A stretch of DNA of 32,000 bases, from positions 2,100,001 through 2,132,000 of the forward strand of contig NC_012803.1 in NCBI RefSeq assembly GCF_000023205.1. Reading direction: 5' to 3'. Both the position numbers and the translations under genes were made by a program. The notes under the pieces are model-generated. The model saw only the letters and a program-made list of their open reading frames with translations. It made no database searches and had not been told where the DNA came from. Shown piece by piece: positions 1-8,033 of this stretch. The stretch's first letter is position 1, and each line of letters opens with the position of its first letter. The stretch is from Micrococcus luteus NCTC 2665. Its GTDB lineage: Bacteria > Actinomycetota > Actinomycetes > Actinomycetales > Micrococcaceae.

Positions 1-923
1 CGCTGCTGGACGAGACGCGGGACGCCGTCGTCGGCCTGGCCGAGACGCTCGCCGCCGTACTGCCGGTGACCGTGCTCGCCCACCCGCGCGACGCCGGGGC
101 GGCGCGGCTGGTGCCCCCGGAGGTGGACCTGCTGCGCGCGCCCGTGGGCTCGCCGCTGCTGGGCCGCACCGGGCCGAGCTTCGTCCGGCGCCCCGAGGGC
201 CTGGCCGCCGTCGCCTGGCGCAGCGCCGCGGGCCTGACCGGGACCGGGCCGCTCGACGGAGCGGCCGCGACGGCCGTGGCGGAGGCGGCGGGACTGCCGC
301 TGCTCACGCCCCTGCTGTGCGCCCCGCGCGGGGCCTGGGTGACCGACGGCGAGGGGACGGCCGTGGTGGCCGCGGACCCCTTGCTGGACGGGCGGATCAA
401 CGGCGCGTGGACCCCCGGCCAGGTGGCCGCCGAGTTCGCCGCCCTGCTGGGGATCACCCGGGTGCTGTGGCTGCCGCCGGCACCGCGGCCGGACACCGGG
501 CCGTGGGGCGGGCCCGGCCACCTGGCCTCGTGGGTGCGGCTGCGGGGCGACGGCGAGGCCGCCGTGCACTGGCGCGGCGACCGGTTCCACCCCGAGCACC
601 CCTACGCCGCGGCGGTGCTGCGCTTCCTGCAGGGCGCCGACGACGCCGCCGGACGGCCCCTGCGCGTGCGCACGGTGACCGGGGCGGCGCAGCCCGCCGC
701 GTACGACCCGGCCGAGCGGGGCCCCCGCTCCCTCCTGGACACTCTGCCGCTGGGCGCGGCGGTGCTGCGCCCGGCGTTCGAGGACGCCGCGGGCGAGGAG
801 GCCGCGGCCGCCGCGTGTGCGGCACTGCACCCGGGGCTGCCCCAGCTGTCGTTCCCCGCCCCGCCGCTGCTGCGGCTGGCCGGCGCGCTCAACGACCTGG
901 TGCTGCTCCAGCCTCGCCCGTGA
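1..923 (+). CDS. Agmatine deiminase / PAD_porph-family protein, 5'-partial (runs off left edge), active-site motifs apparently degenerate
   Basis: The frame of ORF 66..923 stays open back to base 3 (LLDETRDAVVGLAETLAAVLPVTVL...). The blocks GPSFV, VTDGEGTAVV, LGITRVLWLP, GPGHLASW, DAAGRPLRVRTV and C-terminal AGALNDLVLLQP occur in the same order as agmatine deiminase motifs recalled from memory (RDxGPxF, DGeGT, kviWL, TDGHvD, GGGiHCiTQQxP). GC3 is high in this frame. Confidence 0.45.
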   Translation, partial: LLDETRDAVVGLAETLAAVLPVTVLAHPRDAGAARLVPPEVDLLRAPVGSPLLGRTGPSFVRRPEGLAAVAWRSAAGLTGTGPLDGAAATAVAEAAGLPLLTPLLCAPRGAWVTDGEGTAVVAADPLLDGRINGAWTPGQVAAEFAALLGITRVLWLPPAPRPDTGPWGGPGHLASWVRLRGDGEAAVHWRGDRFHPEHPYAAAVLRFLQGADDAAGRPLRVRTVTGAAQPAAYDPAERGPRSLLDTLPLGAAVLRPAFEDAAGEEAAAAACAALHPGLPQLSFPAPPLLRLAGALNDLVLLQPRP

Positions 924-2205
924 CCTCGTCCGCCGCGGGGCCGTCCTCGTCTCCACCGTCCGCCGGGGCGCGGTCCTCGTCTCCACCGTCCGCCGGGGCG
1001 CGGTCCTCGTCTCCCCCGTGCGCGTCGGACCGCCAGGCCGCCGGGCGCAGCCGTTCCAGGAGCGAGGACTGACGGCGCTCCATGCCCTTCAGATCCGAGG
1101 CGATGAGCGCGTTGATCCAGCGGGCGTTCGGGTCGGCGTCGATCAGCACGGCCTTGGCCAACAGCGTGCAGGGCAGCGCGAGGATGGCGCCGAGCGGGCC
1201 CAGGACCCAGGCCCAGAAGAGCAGGGAGAGGAAGCTGACGGTGGGGATCACGCCGATCGCGTCGCCGGCCACCTTGGGCTGGATCACGGACTGCAGCACG
1301 AAGTTCAGCACCGAGTAGCTGACCACCACCCACAGGAAGTCGGACCAGCCGCCCGCCGCCAGGCCCAGGACGGCCGGCGGCAGCAGGCCGATGATGAAGC
1401 CGACGTTCGGGACGTAGTTGGTGAGGAAGCTGAGCACGCCCCACACGAGCGCGAGTGGGACGCCGATCAGCATGAGGGCGATCACGTCCAGCACCGCCAC
1501 GATCAGGCCGAACACCGTGGTGACCACCCAGTAGCGGCGCACGCCCTGGGCGAACTCGACCAGGGCGTGGCCGAACTCATGGCGGGCGGTGCTGAGCAGG
1601 CGGACGCGGCGTTCGACGTCCATCGAGTCCATCGCCAGGAAGAACATGCCCATGATCACGGTGACGAGCAGGCCGAAGACCGCGTAGACGTTCGTGGCGA
1701 TCTTCGTGACGGCGCTGACGGCCGTCCCGGTCACGGCGCTCATGTCGATCGAGGCCAGCTGCTGGGACACCATGTCCGGGGTCACGCCGCGCTCGCTGAG
1801 CCAGTGCGAGACGTCCAGGACGATCTGCTGGAAGCGGTCCGTGTACTTCGGCAGCTCCGCCACCAGCTCGAGGCCGGACCACACCATCATGCCCCCGAAC
1901 ACGCCCATCACCGCGACGATCAGCAGGACGGTGGTGGTGGCGCCGAGCACGGGGTGCAGGCCCCGGCGGATGAGCCAGGCCTGCAGCGGGTAGGCCACGA
2001 TCACGAGGTTCAGCCCCAGGAAGACGGGCGCCGCGATGGAGGCGATCCCCTGGAAGAACTGCACCACCAGCACCAGGCCCGCGAGCGTCAGGACGATCAC
2101 CAGCATGCGCGGCCACATGCGGTGGGGGCGGCGGATGTCCCAGTCGGAGGCGGGGCTGGACGAGGCGGGCGGCGGGGTCACCCCCGCGGGCTGTGCGGCG
2201 CTCAC
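889..2205 (-). CDS. AI-2E family transporter (PerM/UPF0118-like membrane protein)
   Basis: 438-aa ORF with a GTG start. Multi-pass hydrophobic profile and a conserved C-terminal block (VIPTVSFLSLLFWAWVLGPLGAILALPCTLLAKAVL) typical of AI-2E/PerM permeases. The hydrophilic C-terminal tail carries 3x GGDEDRAPAD. Confidence 0.8.
   Translation of the reverse strand: MSAAQPAGVTPPPASSSPASDWDIRRPHRMWPRMLVIVLTLAGLVLVVQFFQGIASIAAPVFLGLNLVIVAYPLQAWLIRRGLHPVLGATTTVLLIVAVMGVFGGMMVWSGLELVAELPKYTDRFQQIVLDVSHWLSERGVTPDMVSQQLASIDMSAVTGTAVSAVTKIATNVYAVFGLLVTVIMGMFFLAMDSMDVERRVRLLSTARHEFGHALVEFAQGVRRYWVVTTVFGLIVAVLDVIALMLIGVPLALVWGVLSFLTNYVPNVGFIIGLLPPAVLGLAAGGWSDFLWVVVSYSVLNFVLQSVIQPKVAGDAIGVIPTVSFLSLLFWAWVLGPLGAILALPCTLLAKAVLIDADPNARWINALIASDLKGMERRQSSLLERLRPAAWRSDAHGGDEDRAPADGGDEDRAPADGGDEDGPAADEVTGEAGAAPGR
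941..1030. repeat. 30-bp tandem repeat, about 2.5 copies, in-frame inside the 3' end of the AI-2E gene
   Basis: 941-970 and 971-1000 differ at 1 of 30 positions (c/cgtcctcgtctccaccgtccgccggggcg versus cggtcctcg...). The third copy (1001-) keeps the first ~14 nt. On the minus strand it encodes GGDEDRAPAD GGDEDRAPAD GGDEDGPAAD. Confidence 0.9.
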
Positions 2206-2254
2206 GCGGGCAGTCTATGCGCGGGCCGGACGGGGTAGGGTCGGGACCAGTCCA

Positions 2255-2350
2255 CATCGACAGGGGAGCGCCCGCGCGGCGCTGAGAGTGCGGTCCGCCG
2301 CAGACCCTCGAACCTGCTCCGGTCCGCACCGGCGAAGGAAGTCGAGTCTC
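2255..2350 (+). promoter_or_regulatory. TPP (THI-box) riboswitch
   Basis: acaGGGGAGCgcccgcgcggcGCTGAGAgtgcggtccgccgcagACCCtcGAACCTGctCCGGtccgcACCGGCGaAGGAAgtcga matches the conserved THI-box core (GGGGNGC ... CUGAGA ... ACCC..GAACCUG..CNGG....CCNGCG.AGGGAA). A P1-like pairing TCGAC (about 2257) with GTCGA (about 2341) closes it. It sits in the 5' leader of a thiamine-type ABC transporter operon. Confidence 0.85.
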
Positions 2351-2423
2351 CCGGTCGACGTCGTCCCGGGATTCCGGTGGCGGCCTCGTCCCGGCCCCTC
2401 TGCCGTCCCAGAGGAGAACCGCC

Positions 2424-3491
2424 ATGTCCCGCACCCCGCACCGCGCCCTCGCCGCCCTCTCGGTGGCCGCCCTCGCCCTCACCGGCTGTTCGGTGTCCGG
2501 CTCGTCCGGCGACGGGGCGTCGTCGTCCGCCTCCGGGGCCGGCGGCGGCGAGCCGACGACGGTGACGATCATGACGCACGACTCGTTCAACCTGCCCCAG
2601 GAGCTCGTCCAGAAGTTCGAGCAGGAGTCCGGCTACACCCTGAAGACCACGGCCCCCGGCGACGCCGGCAGCGTGGTGAACCAGCTCCTGCTGGCCAAGG
2701 ACGAGCCCACCGTGGACGGCGTCTACGGCGTGGAGGACCACTCGGCGCACCGCCTCGTCCGCGAGGGCGTCGTCGCCGCCTACACACCGAAGGACCTGCC
2801 CGCCTCCGCGCAGGACCGGATGGTGGAGGACCGCATGACCCCGGTGGACCAGGGCCAGGTGTGCTTCAACACGGATCCGGCGTGGTTCACCGACCACGAC
2901 GTCGAGGCCCCCACCTCGATCGACCAGCTCGACGACCCCGAGTACGCGAAGCTGACGGTCGCCACCTCCCCCGTGGCCTCCTCCCCCGGCCTGGCGCTGC
3001 TCGCGGCCACCACGGAGAAGTACGGCGACGACGGCTGGCAGGACTGGTGGCAGGGCCTGATGGAGAACGGCGGCAAGGTCGCCGACAGCTGGTCCGACGC
3101 CTACAACTCGGACTTCTCCGGCGGCGAGGGCAAGGGTCAGTTCCCGGTGGTGCTCTCCTACTCCTCCTCCCCCGCGTTCGCCCCCGAGACCGAGGTGATC
3201 GAGGACTCCTGCACCCCGCAGGTCGAGTACGCCGGCGTGCTCGAGGGCGCGAAGAACCCCGAGGGCGCGCAGGCGTTCGTGGACTTCCTGCTCACCGAGG
3301 AGGTCCAGTCCGCCCTGCCCGAGTCGATGTACATGTACCCGATCGACGAGTCAGTGCAGCTGCCCGAGGAGTGGGCGCAGAACGCGCCGCTCGTCGAGGA
3401 CGCCATCACCCCGGACCCCGCCCGCATCGACGAGCGCCGCGAGGACCTGCTGAAGGAGTGGACCGCCCTGTCCGAGGCCTCCCGGCGCTGA
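2424..3491 (+). CDS. thiB: Thiamine ABC transporter substrate-binding lipoprotein
   Basis: 355 aa with a GAGGAG SD. Signal peptide with lipobox LALTGC. Periplasmic binding-protein-like sequence lying directly downstream of the TPP riboswitch. First gene of an SBP / double-permease / ATPase operon (ThiBPQ architecture). Confidence 0.75.
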   Translation: MSRTPHRALAALSVAALALTGCSVSGSSGDGASSSASGAGGGEPTTVTIMTHDSFNLPQELVQKFEQESGYTLKTTAPGDAGSVVNQLLLAKDEPTVDGVYGVEDHSAHRLVREGVVAAYTPKDLPASAQDRMVEDRMTPVDQGQVCFNTDPAWFTDHDVEAPTSIDQLDDPEYAKLTVATSPVASSPGLALLAATTEKYGDDGWQDWWQGLMENGGKVADSWSDAYNSDFSGGEGKGQFPVVLSYSSSPAFAPETEVIEDSCTPQVEYAGVLEGAKNPEGAQAFVDFLLTEEVQSALPESMYMYPIDESVQLPEEWAQNAPLVEDAITPDPARIDERREDLLKEWTALSEASRR

Positions 3492-5221
3492 TGTCCGCGC
3501 TCACCGAGGTCGCGGCCCCCGGCACGGACCTGCCGCGCCGGCGGGCCCGCGGCCGGGGGGACGGGCTCGGCCCGTGGTGGCTGGTGGCCGCCGTCCTGCC
3601 GGTCGCCTTCCTGCTCGTCTTCTTCGCGTGGCCCGTGGCGGCCATGCTCTGGCGCGGGATCGGCGGCGACGCGGACGCGTTCACCGGCGCCGTGGACCTC
3701 ACCGCCTTCGGGGAGACCCTCGCCCGCGAGCGCACGTGGCGCATCCTCGGCCAGACGCTCGGGATGGCCGCCGCCGGAACGGTGGTCTCCGTGGCGCTCG
3801 GCCTGCCGACCGCGTTCGTGCTGCACCGGCGTCGCGTCCCGGGGCGGGCCGTGCTCCGCGCCCTCGTGCTCGTGCCGTTCGTGCTGCCCACGGTGGTGGT
3901 CGGCGTCGCGTTCCGCGCCCTGCTCGCCCCCGGCGGACCGCTGGGCTTCACCGGGCTGGACCAGACGACCACCGCCGTCGTGCTGGCCATGGTCTTCTTC
4001 AACGTGTCCGTGGTGGTGCGCCAGGTGGGCGCGCTGTGGAACGCGCTGGACCCGCGCCAGACCGAGGCCGCCCGCACCCTGGGCGCCTCGCCGTGGTGGG
4101 CGTTCCGCACCGTGACGCTGCCCCAGCTCGCCCCGGCGATCGCCGCGAGCGCGGCGCTGGTGTTCCTGTTCTGCGCGTCCGCGTTCGGCATCGTCCAGAC
4201 GCTCGGCCGGCCCGGCTACGGCACGCTCGAGTCGGAGATCTGGGTGCAGACCTCCGTCTACCTGGACCTGCGGACCGCGGCGGTGTTCTCCGTGCTGCAG
4301 TTCGCGGTGGTGCTGGCCGCCGTCGTGGTCTCCGGCGTGACGGCGGCGCGCACCCAGCGGGCGCTGCGCCTGCGGGAGACGCCGCCGGCCCGGCTCACGC
4401 GCGCGGACGCGGTCCCGGTGGCCGTGATGCTCGCGGTGGTGGCGCTCGTGGTGGCGCCGATCCTGACGCTCGTGGTGCGCTCCTTCCACACCCGCCACGG
4501 CTGGGGGCTGGGCAACTACGAGCTGCTCTCCACGAGCGCGGGCAGCGGGTTCGTGGGCGGGTCGACGCCGGCGCAGGCGCTCGAACAGTCCCTGCGGGTG
4601 GCCGTGGACGCCACGCTCGTGACGCTCGTGGTGGCCGTGCCGCTGGCCCTGCTGCTGACCCGGCCCTTCCGCTCACGCGCGGCGCTGGCGGCCCAGCGGG
4701 CCCTCGACGGCGCCCTGCTCCTGCCGCTCGGGGTGTCCGCGGTGACCGTGGGCTTCGGCTTCGTCGTGTCCCTGCGGGCCACGTTCCCGGAGCTGGCGGC
4801 CTCGGGCGTGCTCGTGCCGCTGGCCCAGGCGGTGGTGGCGCTGCCGCTCGCGGTGCGGGCGCTCGTGCCCGTGCTCGCGGCGGTGGATCCGCGGCTGCGG
4901 GAGGCCGCGCGCACCCTCGGGGCGGGCCCGTGGCGGGTGCTGGCCACCGTGGACGGCCCGTTCCTCGCCCGCGGCGTGGGCGTGGCCGCGGGCTTCGCGT
5001 TCGCGGTGTCCCTGGGCGAGTTCGGGGCCACGAGCTTCCTGGCGAGCCCGTCCGCGCCCACCCTGCCGGTGCTGATCGCCCGGCTGCTGGGCCGGCCGGG
5101 CGCGGACAACTACGGGATGGCGCTCGCGGCGGCCACGGTGCTGGCCGTGCTGAGCGCCGGGATCATGCTGGTGTGCGAGCGGCTGCGCCCCCGGGGCCCG
5201 GCCGGGGCGGGAGGTCTCTGA
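3491..5221 (+). CDS. thiP: Thiamine ABC transporter permease (two fused permease domains)
   Basis: Starts at the ATG overlapping the thiB stop (ATGA). 576 aa (MSALTEVAAPG...). It has two repeated ABC-permease halves, each with an EAA-like loop (TEAARTLGASPWWAFRTVTLP and REAARTLGAGPWRVLATVDGP). The upstream part of track ORF 2036.. is a shadow. Confidence 0.8.
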   Translation: MSALTEVAAPGTDLPRRRARGRGDGLGPWWLVAAVLPVAFLLVFFAWPVAAMLWRGIGGDADAFTGAVDLTAFGETLARERTWRILGQTLGMAAAGTVVSVALGLPTAFVLHRRRVPGRAVLRALVLVPFVLPTVVVGVAFRALLAPGGPLGFTGLDQTTTAVVLAMVFFNVSVVVRQVGALWNALDPRQTEAARTLGASPWWAFRTVTLPQLAPAIAASAALVFLFCASAFGIVQTLGRPGYGTLESEIWVQTSVYLDLRTAAVFSVLQFAVVLAAVVVSGVTAARTQRALRLRETPPARLTRADAVPVAVMLAVVALVVAPILTLVVRSFHTRHGWGLGNYELLSTSAGSGFVGGSTPAQALEQSLRVAVDATLVTLVVAVPLALLLTRPFRSRAALAAQRALDGALLLPLGVSAVTVGFGFVVSLRATFPELAASGVLVPLAQAVVALPLAVRALVPVLAAVDPRLREAARTLGAGPWRVLATVDGPFLARGVGVAAGFAFAVSLGEFGATSFLASPSAPTLPVLIARLLGRPGADNYGMALAAATVLAVLSAGIMLVCERLRPRGPAGAGGL

Positions 5222-5922
5222 TGACGCCGACGGCGACGGGGGCCTCCCTCCGGCTGCGGGACGTGGCGATCCGCTATCCGGACGGCTCCACCCCCGTGCG
5301 GGGGACGGACCTGGACGTGGCCGCCGGGGAGATCGTGGCGCTCGTGGGCGCCTCCGGCTCGGGCAAGTCCACCATCCTGCGCGGGATCGCCGGGCTCGAG
5401 GACGTCGTGGCGGGCACGGTGGAGCTCGACGGGCGGGACGTGGCCGCGGTGCCGACGCACCGCCGGGGCGTGGGGATGGTGTTCCAGGACGGGCAGCTGT
5501 TCCCGCACCGGACCGTGGGCCGGAACGTGGCGTACGGTCTCGAGTCCGCCGGCTGGGACCGGGCCCGGCGGCGGGCACGCGTGGCCGAGCTGCTGGACCT
5601 GGTGGGCCTGACCGAGCTCCAGGACCGGCCCGTGCAGCGGCTCTCCGGCGGGCAGGCCCAGCGCGTGGCGCTGGCCCGGTCGCTGGCCCCGGCCCCGCGG
5701 GTGCTCCTGCTGGACGAGCCGCTGTCCGCGCTCGACGCGGACCTGCGCCGGCGCCTGGCCGAGGACATCCGGACGGTGCTGCGGGCAGCGGGGACGACCG
5801 GCGTCGTCGTCACCCACGACCTCGCGGAGGCGGCGGTGATGGCCGACCGCACCGTGCGCCTGGGCGCGGGCGGACGCATCGCGGCGGAGGAGGACGGCCC
5901 GGCGGTAGCCTCTCAGGCATGA
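5221..5922 (+). CDS. thiQ: Thiamine ABC transporter ATP-binding protein
   Basis: ATGA overlap with the permease stop. 233 aa. Walker A GASGSGKST, signature LSGGQAQRVALAR, Walker B LLLDEPLSALD. Confidence 0.85.
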   Translation: MTPTATGASLRLRDVAIRYPDGSTPVRGTDLDVAAGEIVALVGASGSGKSTILRGIAGLEDVVAGTVELDGRDVAAVPTHRRGVGMVFQDGQLFPHRTVGRNVAYGLESAGWDRARRRARVAELLDLVGLTELQDRPVQRLSGGQAQRVALARSLAPAPRVLLLDEPLSALDADLRRRLAEDIRTVLRAAGTTGVVVTHDLAEAAVMADRTVRLGAGGRIAAEEDGPAVASQA

Positions 5923-6425
5923 CCCCGCCCGCACCCCGCCCCCGGCTGACCGCCCAGGACGTGGTGGACGCCGCCGTCGGGATCCTGCAGGACTTCGGCA
6001 TGGGCGACCTGTCCATGCGGCGCGTGGCCGCGGTGCTGGGCGTGCAGGCCTCCGCGCTGTACTGGCACGTGCCGGACAAGCAGTCGCTGCTGGCGCGGGT
6101 GGCGGACCGGATCGTCGCCGAGGCGGAGGAGACCGTGCGCGCCCGCCGCGTCACGGACCTGGCGGGCCGCGCCGAGGCCGCGGAGGCCGCCCTGCTGCGG
6201 CACCGGGACGGGGCGGACGTGGTGCTCTCCGCCCTCGCGCTCGGGCTGGGCGGCCTCGGCCTGCACCGTCTGCTCACCGAGGCGGCGGACACCCCGGAGG
6301 ACGGGGAGCGGGCCCTGGCGCTGCTGCTGGGCACCGTGTCCCTGCGGCAGCAGCGCGCGCAGGCGCAGGCGCTCGGCGTGCCGACCGGCCCGGACGTGCA
6401 GCGGCACCGCACGGACCCGCTCTGA
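5919..6425 (+). CDS. TetR family transcriptional regulator
   Basis: 168 aa. ATGA overlap with the thiQ stop. N-terminal HTH block AAVGILQDFGMGDLSMRRVAAVLGVQASALYWHVPDKQSLL is typical of TetR_N. Confidence 0.8.
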   Translation: MTPPAPRPRLTAQDVVDAAVGILQDFGMGDLSMRRVAAVLGVQASALYWHVPDKQSLLARVADRIVAEAEETVRARRVTDLAGRAEAAEAALLRHRDGADVVLSALALGLGGLGLHRLLTEAADTPEDGERALALLLGTVSLRQQRAQAQALGVPTGPDVQRHRTDPL

Positions 6426-6631
6426 GCCCCCGTCCGGCGCCGCCGCGCGGGAGGCCGAGGAGAGGAGACCTGCCTCCTCACAGGTGCGCTCGGTAAGGTC
6501 GGGCGGACAGGTCGGGACGGGTCGTCCCCTTCGTTCAGGGCGATCCCGCCCGACCGCCGCAGGACCAGCATGGCCCGCCGGACCCGGCTCACAGCGTCGG
6601 CGCGGTCTCCTTCGACACAGCCGGCGAAGCC

Positions 6632-7984
6632 ATGGGAGCACGGATCAACCACCCGCGGACGGTCGTGGACCGGACGCTGCATCACGACGTCGAGGCCGCG
6701 CACCCCGCGGCGCTCGTCGACGTGGGCTGGGACTTCCGTGGTCCGGGCGCCAAGGGGGAGGAGCAGCACCGTCCCCTGCGCGTGGTCCGTGCGCGCCGGC
6801 CTCGGGGCGCCCCGCGGGACCGCAACGACGTCGACCTCACGCGCACCGGCCCCGTCGTCCCACGCCCCGCCCCGCCGCGCACCCGGATCCGCCGGGACGG
6901 CGTCCGCGTGGTGGCCAGCCCGCTGGCCATGCTGCCCGGCGTGGACCACGGCCCCGCCCTCCGCCTGGACCTGCACCCGACGACGGGGGGCATCGTCTAC
7001 GTGGCCCGCGAGCTCGAGCTGCGCGAGCTCGGCGACGACGTCCGCGGCCAGGTCTACACCGGCATGATCGGCACGGCGCACCTGAGCGCCTTCTGGTCCA
7101 CCGTCACGGTCGAGCTGCCGCCGGAGCGCCCGGTGATCGTGCGGCTGCGCTCGGACCGGGACGCCGAGCTGCTCGCCCTGCTCGAGGTCCTCGCCCCCGT
7201 GGACACGCGCGTGGTCTCCTACCGGCTCGACGAGTCCCCCGTGGGCACGCAGCGCTCCAGCTACCTGCTGCCGGACGTGGACCCGGAGACGGTCGCCCAG
7301 ACGGGTGCGGCCCGGATCCCGCTCGAGGCCGTCGAGGCCGCCCAGGAGGAGGAGGACGCGCTGCGCCGCTCCTCCGGCGTCTTCCTCTCCCGCCGCCGCA
7401 CGGACCGCTTCCTGCGCCGCAACCTGCCCGGGGTGACCCACAGCCTCACGTTCACGGACGAGGCGGACGTGACGGACGTGTACGTGGACGGCTCCGTGCT
7501 GCGCGGCTCCCGCATCGGCGGGGCGGCCGCCGTCGCCGGACCGAACATGTGGGCCGTGCAGGCCGTGGCCGGGGCCACGATGCCGCTCGAGGTGGAACTC
7601 GAGGCCCTCGTGCTGGGGCACGTGATCTGCGCGTGGGCGGGCACCCCCGGCGGCCGGGTCACCATCCACTCGGACTCGCGCGCCGCGCTGGCCATGCTCA
7701 ACGCCGCCCGCCGCGAGCGGCTCACCCTCGGCGGCGCCCGGGGCGAGCGCATCCGCCGCACCCTGCGGCGCCTGCTGGCCGCCGTCGACCTGGCGCAGGC
7801 CGCGGACGTCCAGGTGGACACCACGTGGGTCAAGGGCCACGTGGGCGTGCACGGCAACGAACTGGCCGACGACCTCGCCCGGGCCGCCGCCCGCCACGCC
7901 AGCGTCGGCACCCCCGAGGGGGACCTGCCCGAGCGGATGGGGCAGCTGATCCAGCTCCGCGTCGAGGATGACGCCACCGGCTGA
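6632..7984 (+). CDS. Protein with unknown ~270-aa N-terminal region fused to a C-terminal RNase H (type 1) domain
   Basis: 450-aa ORF with uniformly high GC3 along its whole length. The C-terminal ~170 aa carry the DEDD pattern of RNase HI: VYVDGS, EVELEAL, IHSDS, VKGHVGVHGNELADDLA. I do not recognise the N-terminal part. Confidence 0.7.
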   Translation: MGARINHPRTVVDRTLHHDVEAAHPAALVDVGWDFRGPGAKGEEQHRPLRVVRARRPRGAPRDRNDVDLTRTGPVVPRPAPPRTRIRRDGVRVVASPLAMLPGVDHGPALRLDLHPTTGGIVYVARELELRELGDDVRGQVYTGMIGTAHLSAFWSTVTVELPPERPVIVRLRSDRDAELLALLEVLAPVDTRVVSYRLDESPVGTQRSSYLLPDVDPETVAQTGAARIPLEAVEAAQEEEDALRRSSGVFLSRRRTDRFLRRNLPGVTHSLTFTDEADVTDVYVDGSVLRGSRIGGAAAVAGPNMWAVQAVAGATMPLEVELEALVLGHVICAWAGTPGGRVTIHSDSRAALAMLNAARRERLTLGGARGERIRRTLRRLLAAVDLAQAADVQVDTTWVKGHVGVHGNELADDLARAAARHASVGTPEGDLPERMGQLIQLRVEDDATG

Positions 7985-8033
7985 CCCCGGCCCCCGATTC
8001 CCCGTCCTCCGCCCCAGCCTCTAAGGTGGGGCT

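Noticed and set aside
941-1030. Possible CRISPR-like or regulatory repeat array.
   Set aside because: The repeats are directly adjacent with no spacers, in-frame, and lie inside a coding tail. No cas genes are present.
2036-3490. Upstream 485 codons of the 1061-aa ORF 2036..5221 as part of the permease.
   Set aside because: It overlaps the riboswitch and the thiB gene in another frame with Arg/Pro/Gly junk composition. The permease starts at the ATGA overlap at 3491.
6426-6631. Searched the 206-nt gap after tetR for an RNA gene or riboswitch.
   Set aside because: I found only a weak GAGGAG...CTCCTC hairpin and no recognisable conserved RNA motif.
5810-7897. Very long antisense or alternate-frame ORFs. 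Examples: 5810..7897 (-, 695 aa), 7830..9533 (-), 13233..15221 (-), 3574..5220 (+ part), 28909..30843 (+), 29433..31649 (+), 6484..7971 (+).
   Set aside because: They are Arg/Pro/Gly/Ala-dominated with poor third-position GC. They overlap genes that have clear family motifs and high GC3, so they are typical shadow ORFs of high-GC genomes.
7985-8033. Possible glycine riboswitch upstream of the alanine/glycine symporter.
   Set aside because: The gap is only ~50 nt, too short for a glycine riboswitch, and no conserved core is visible.
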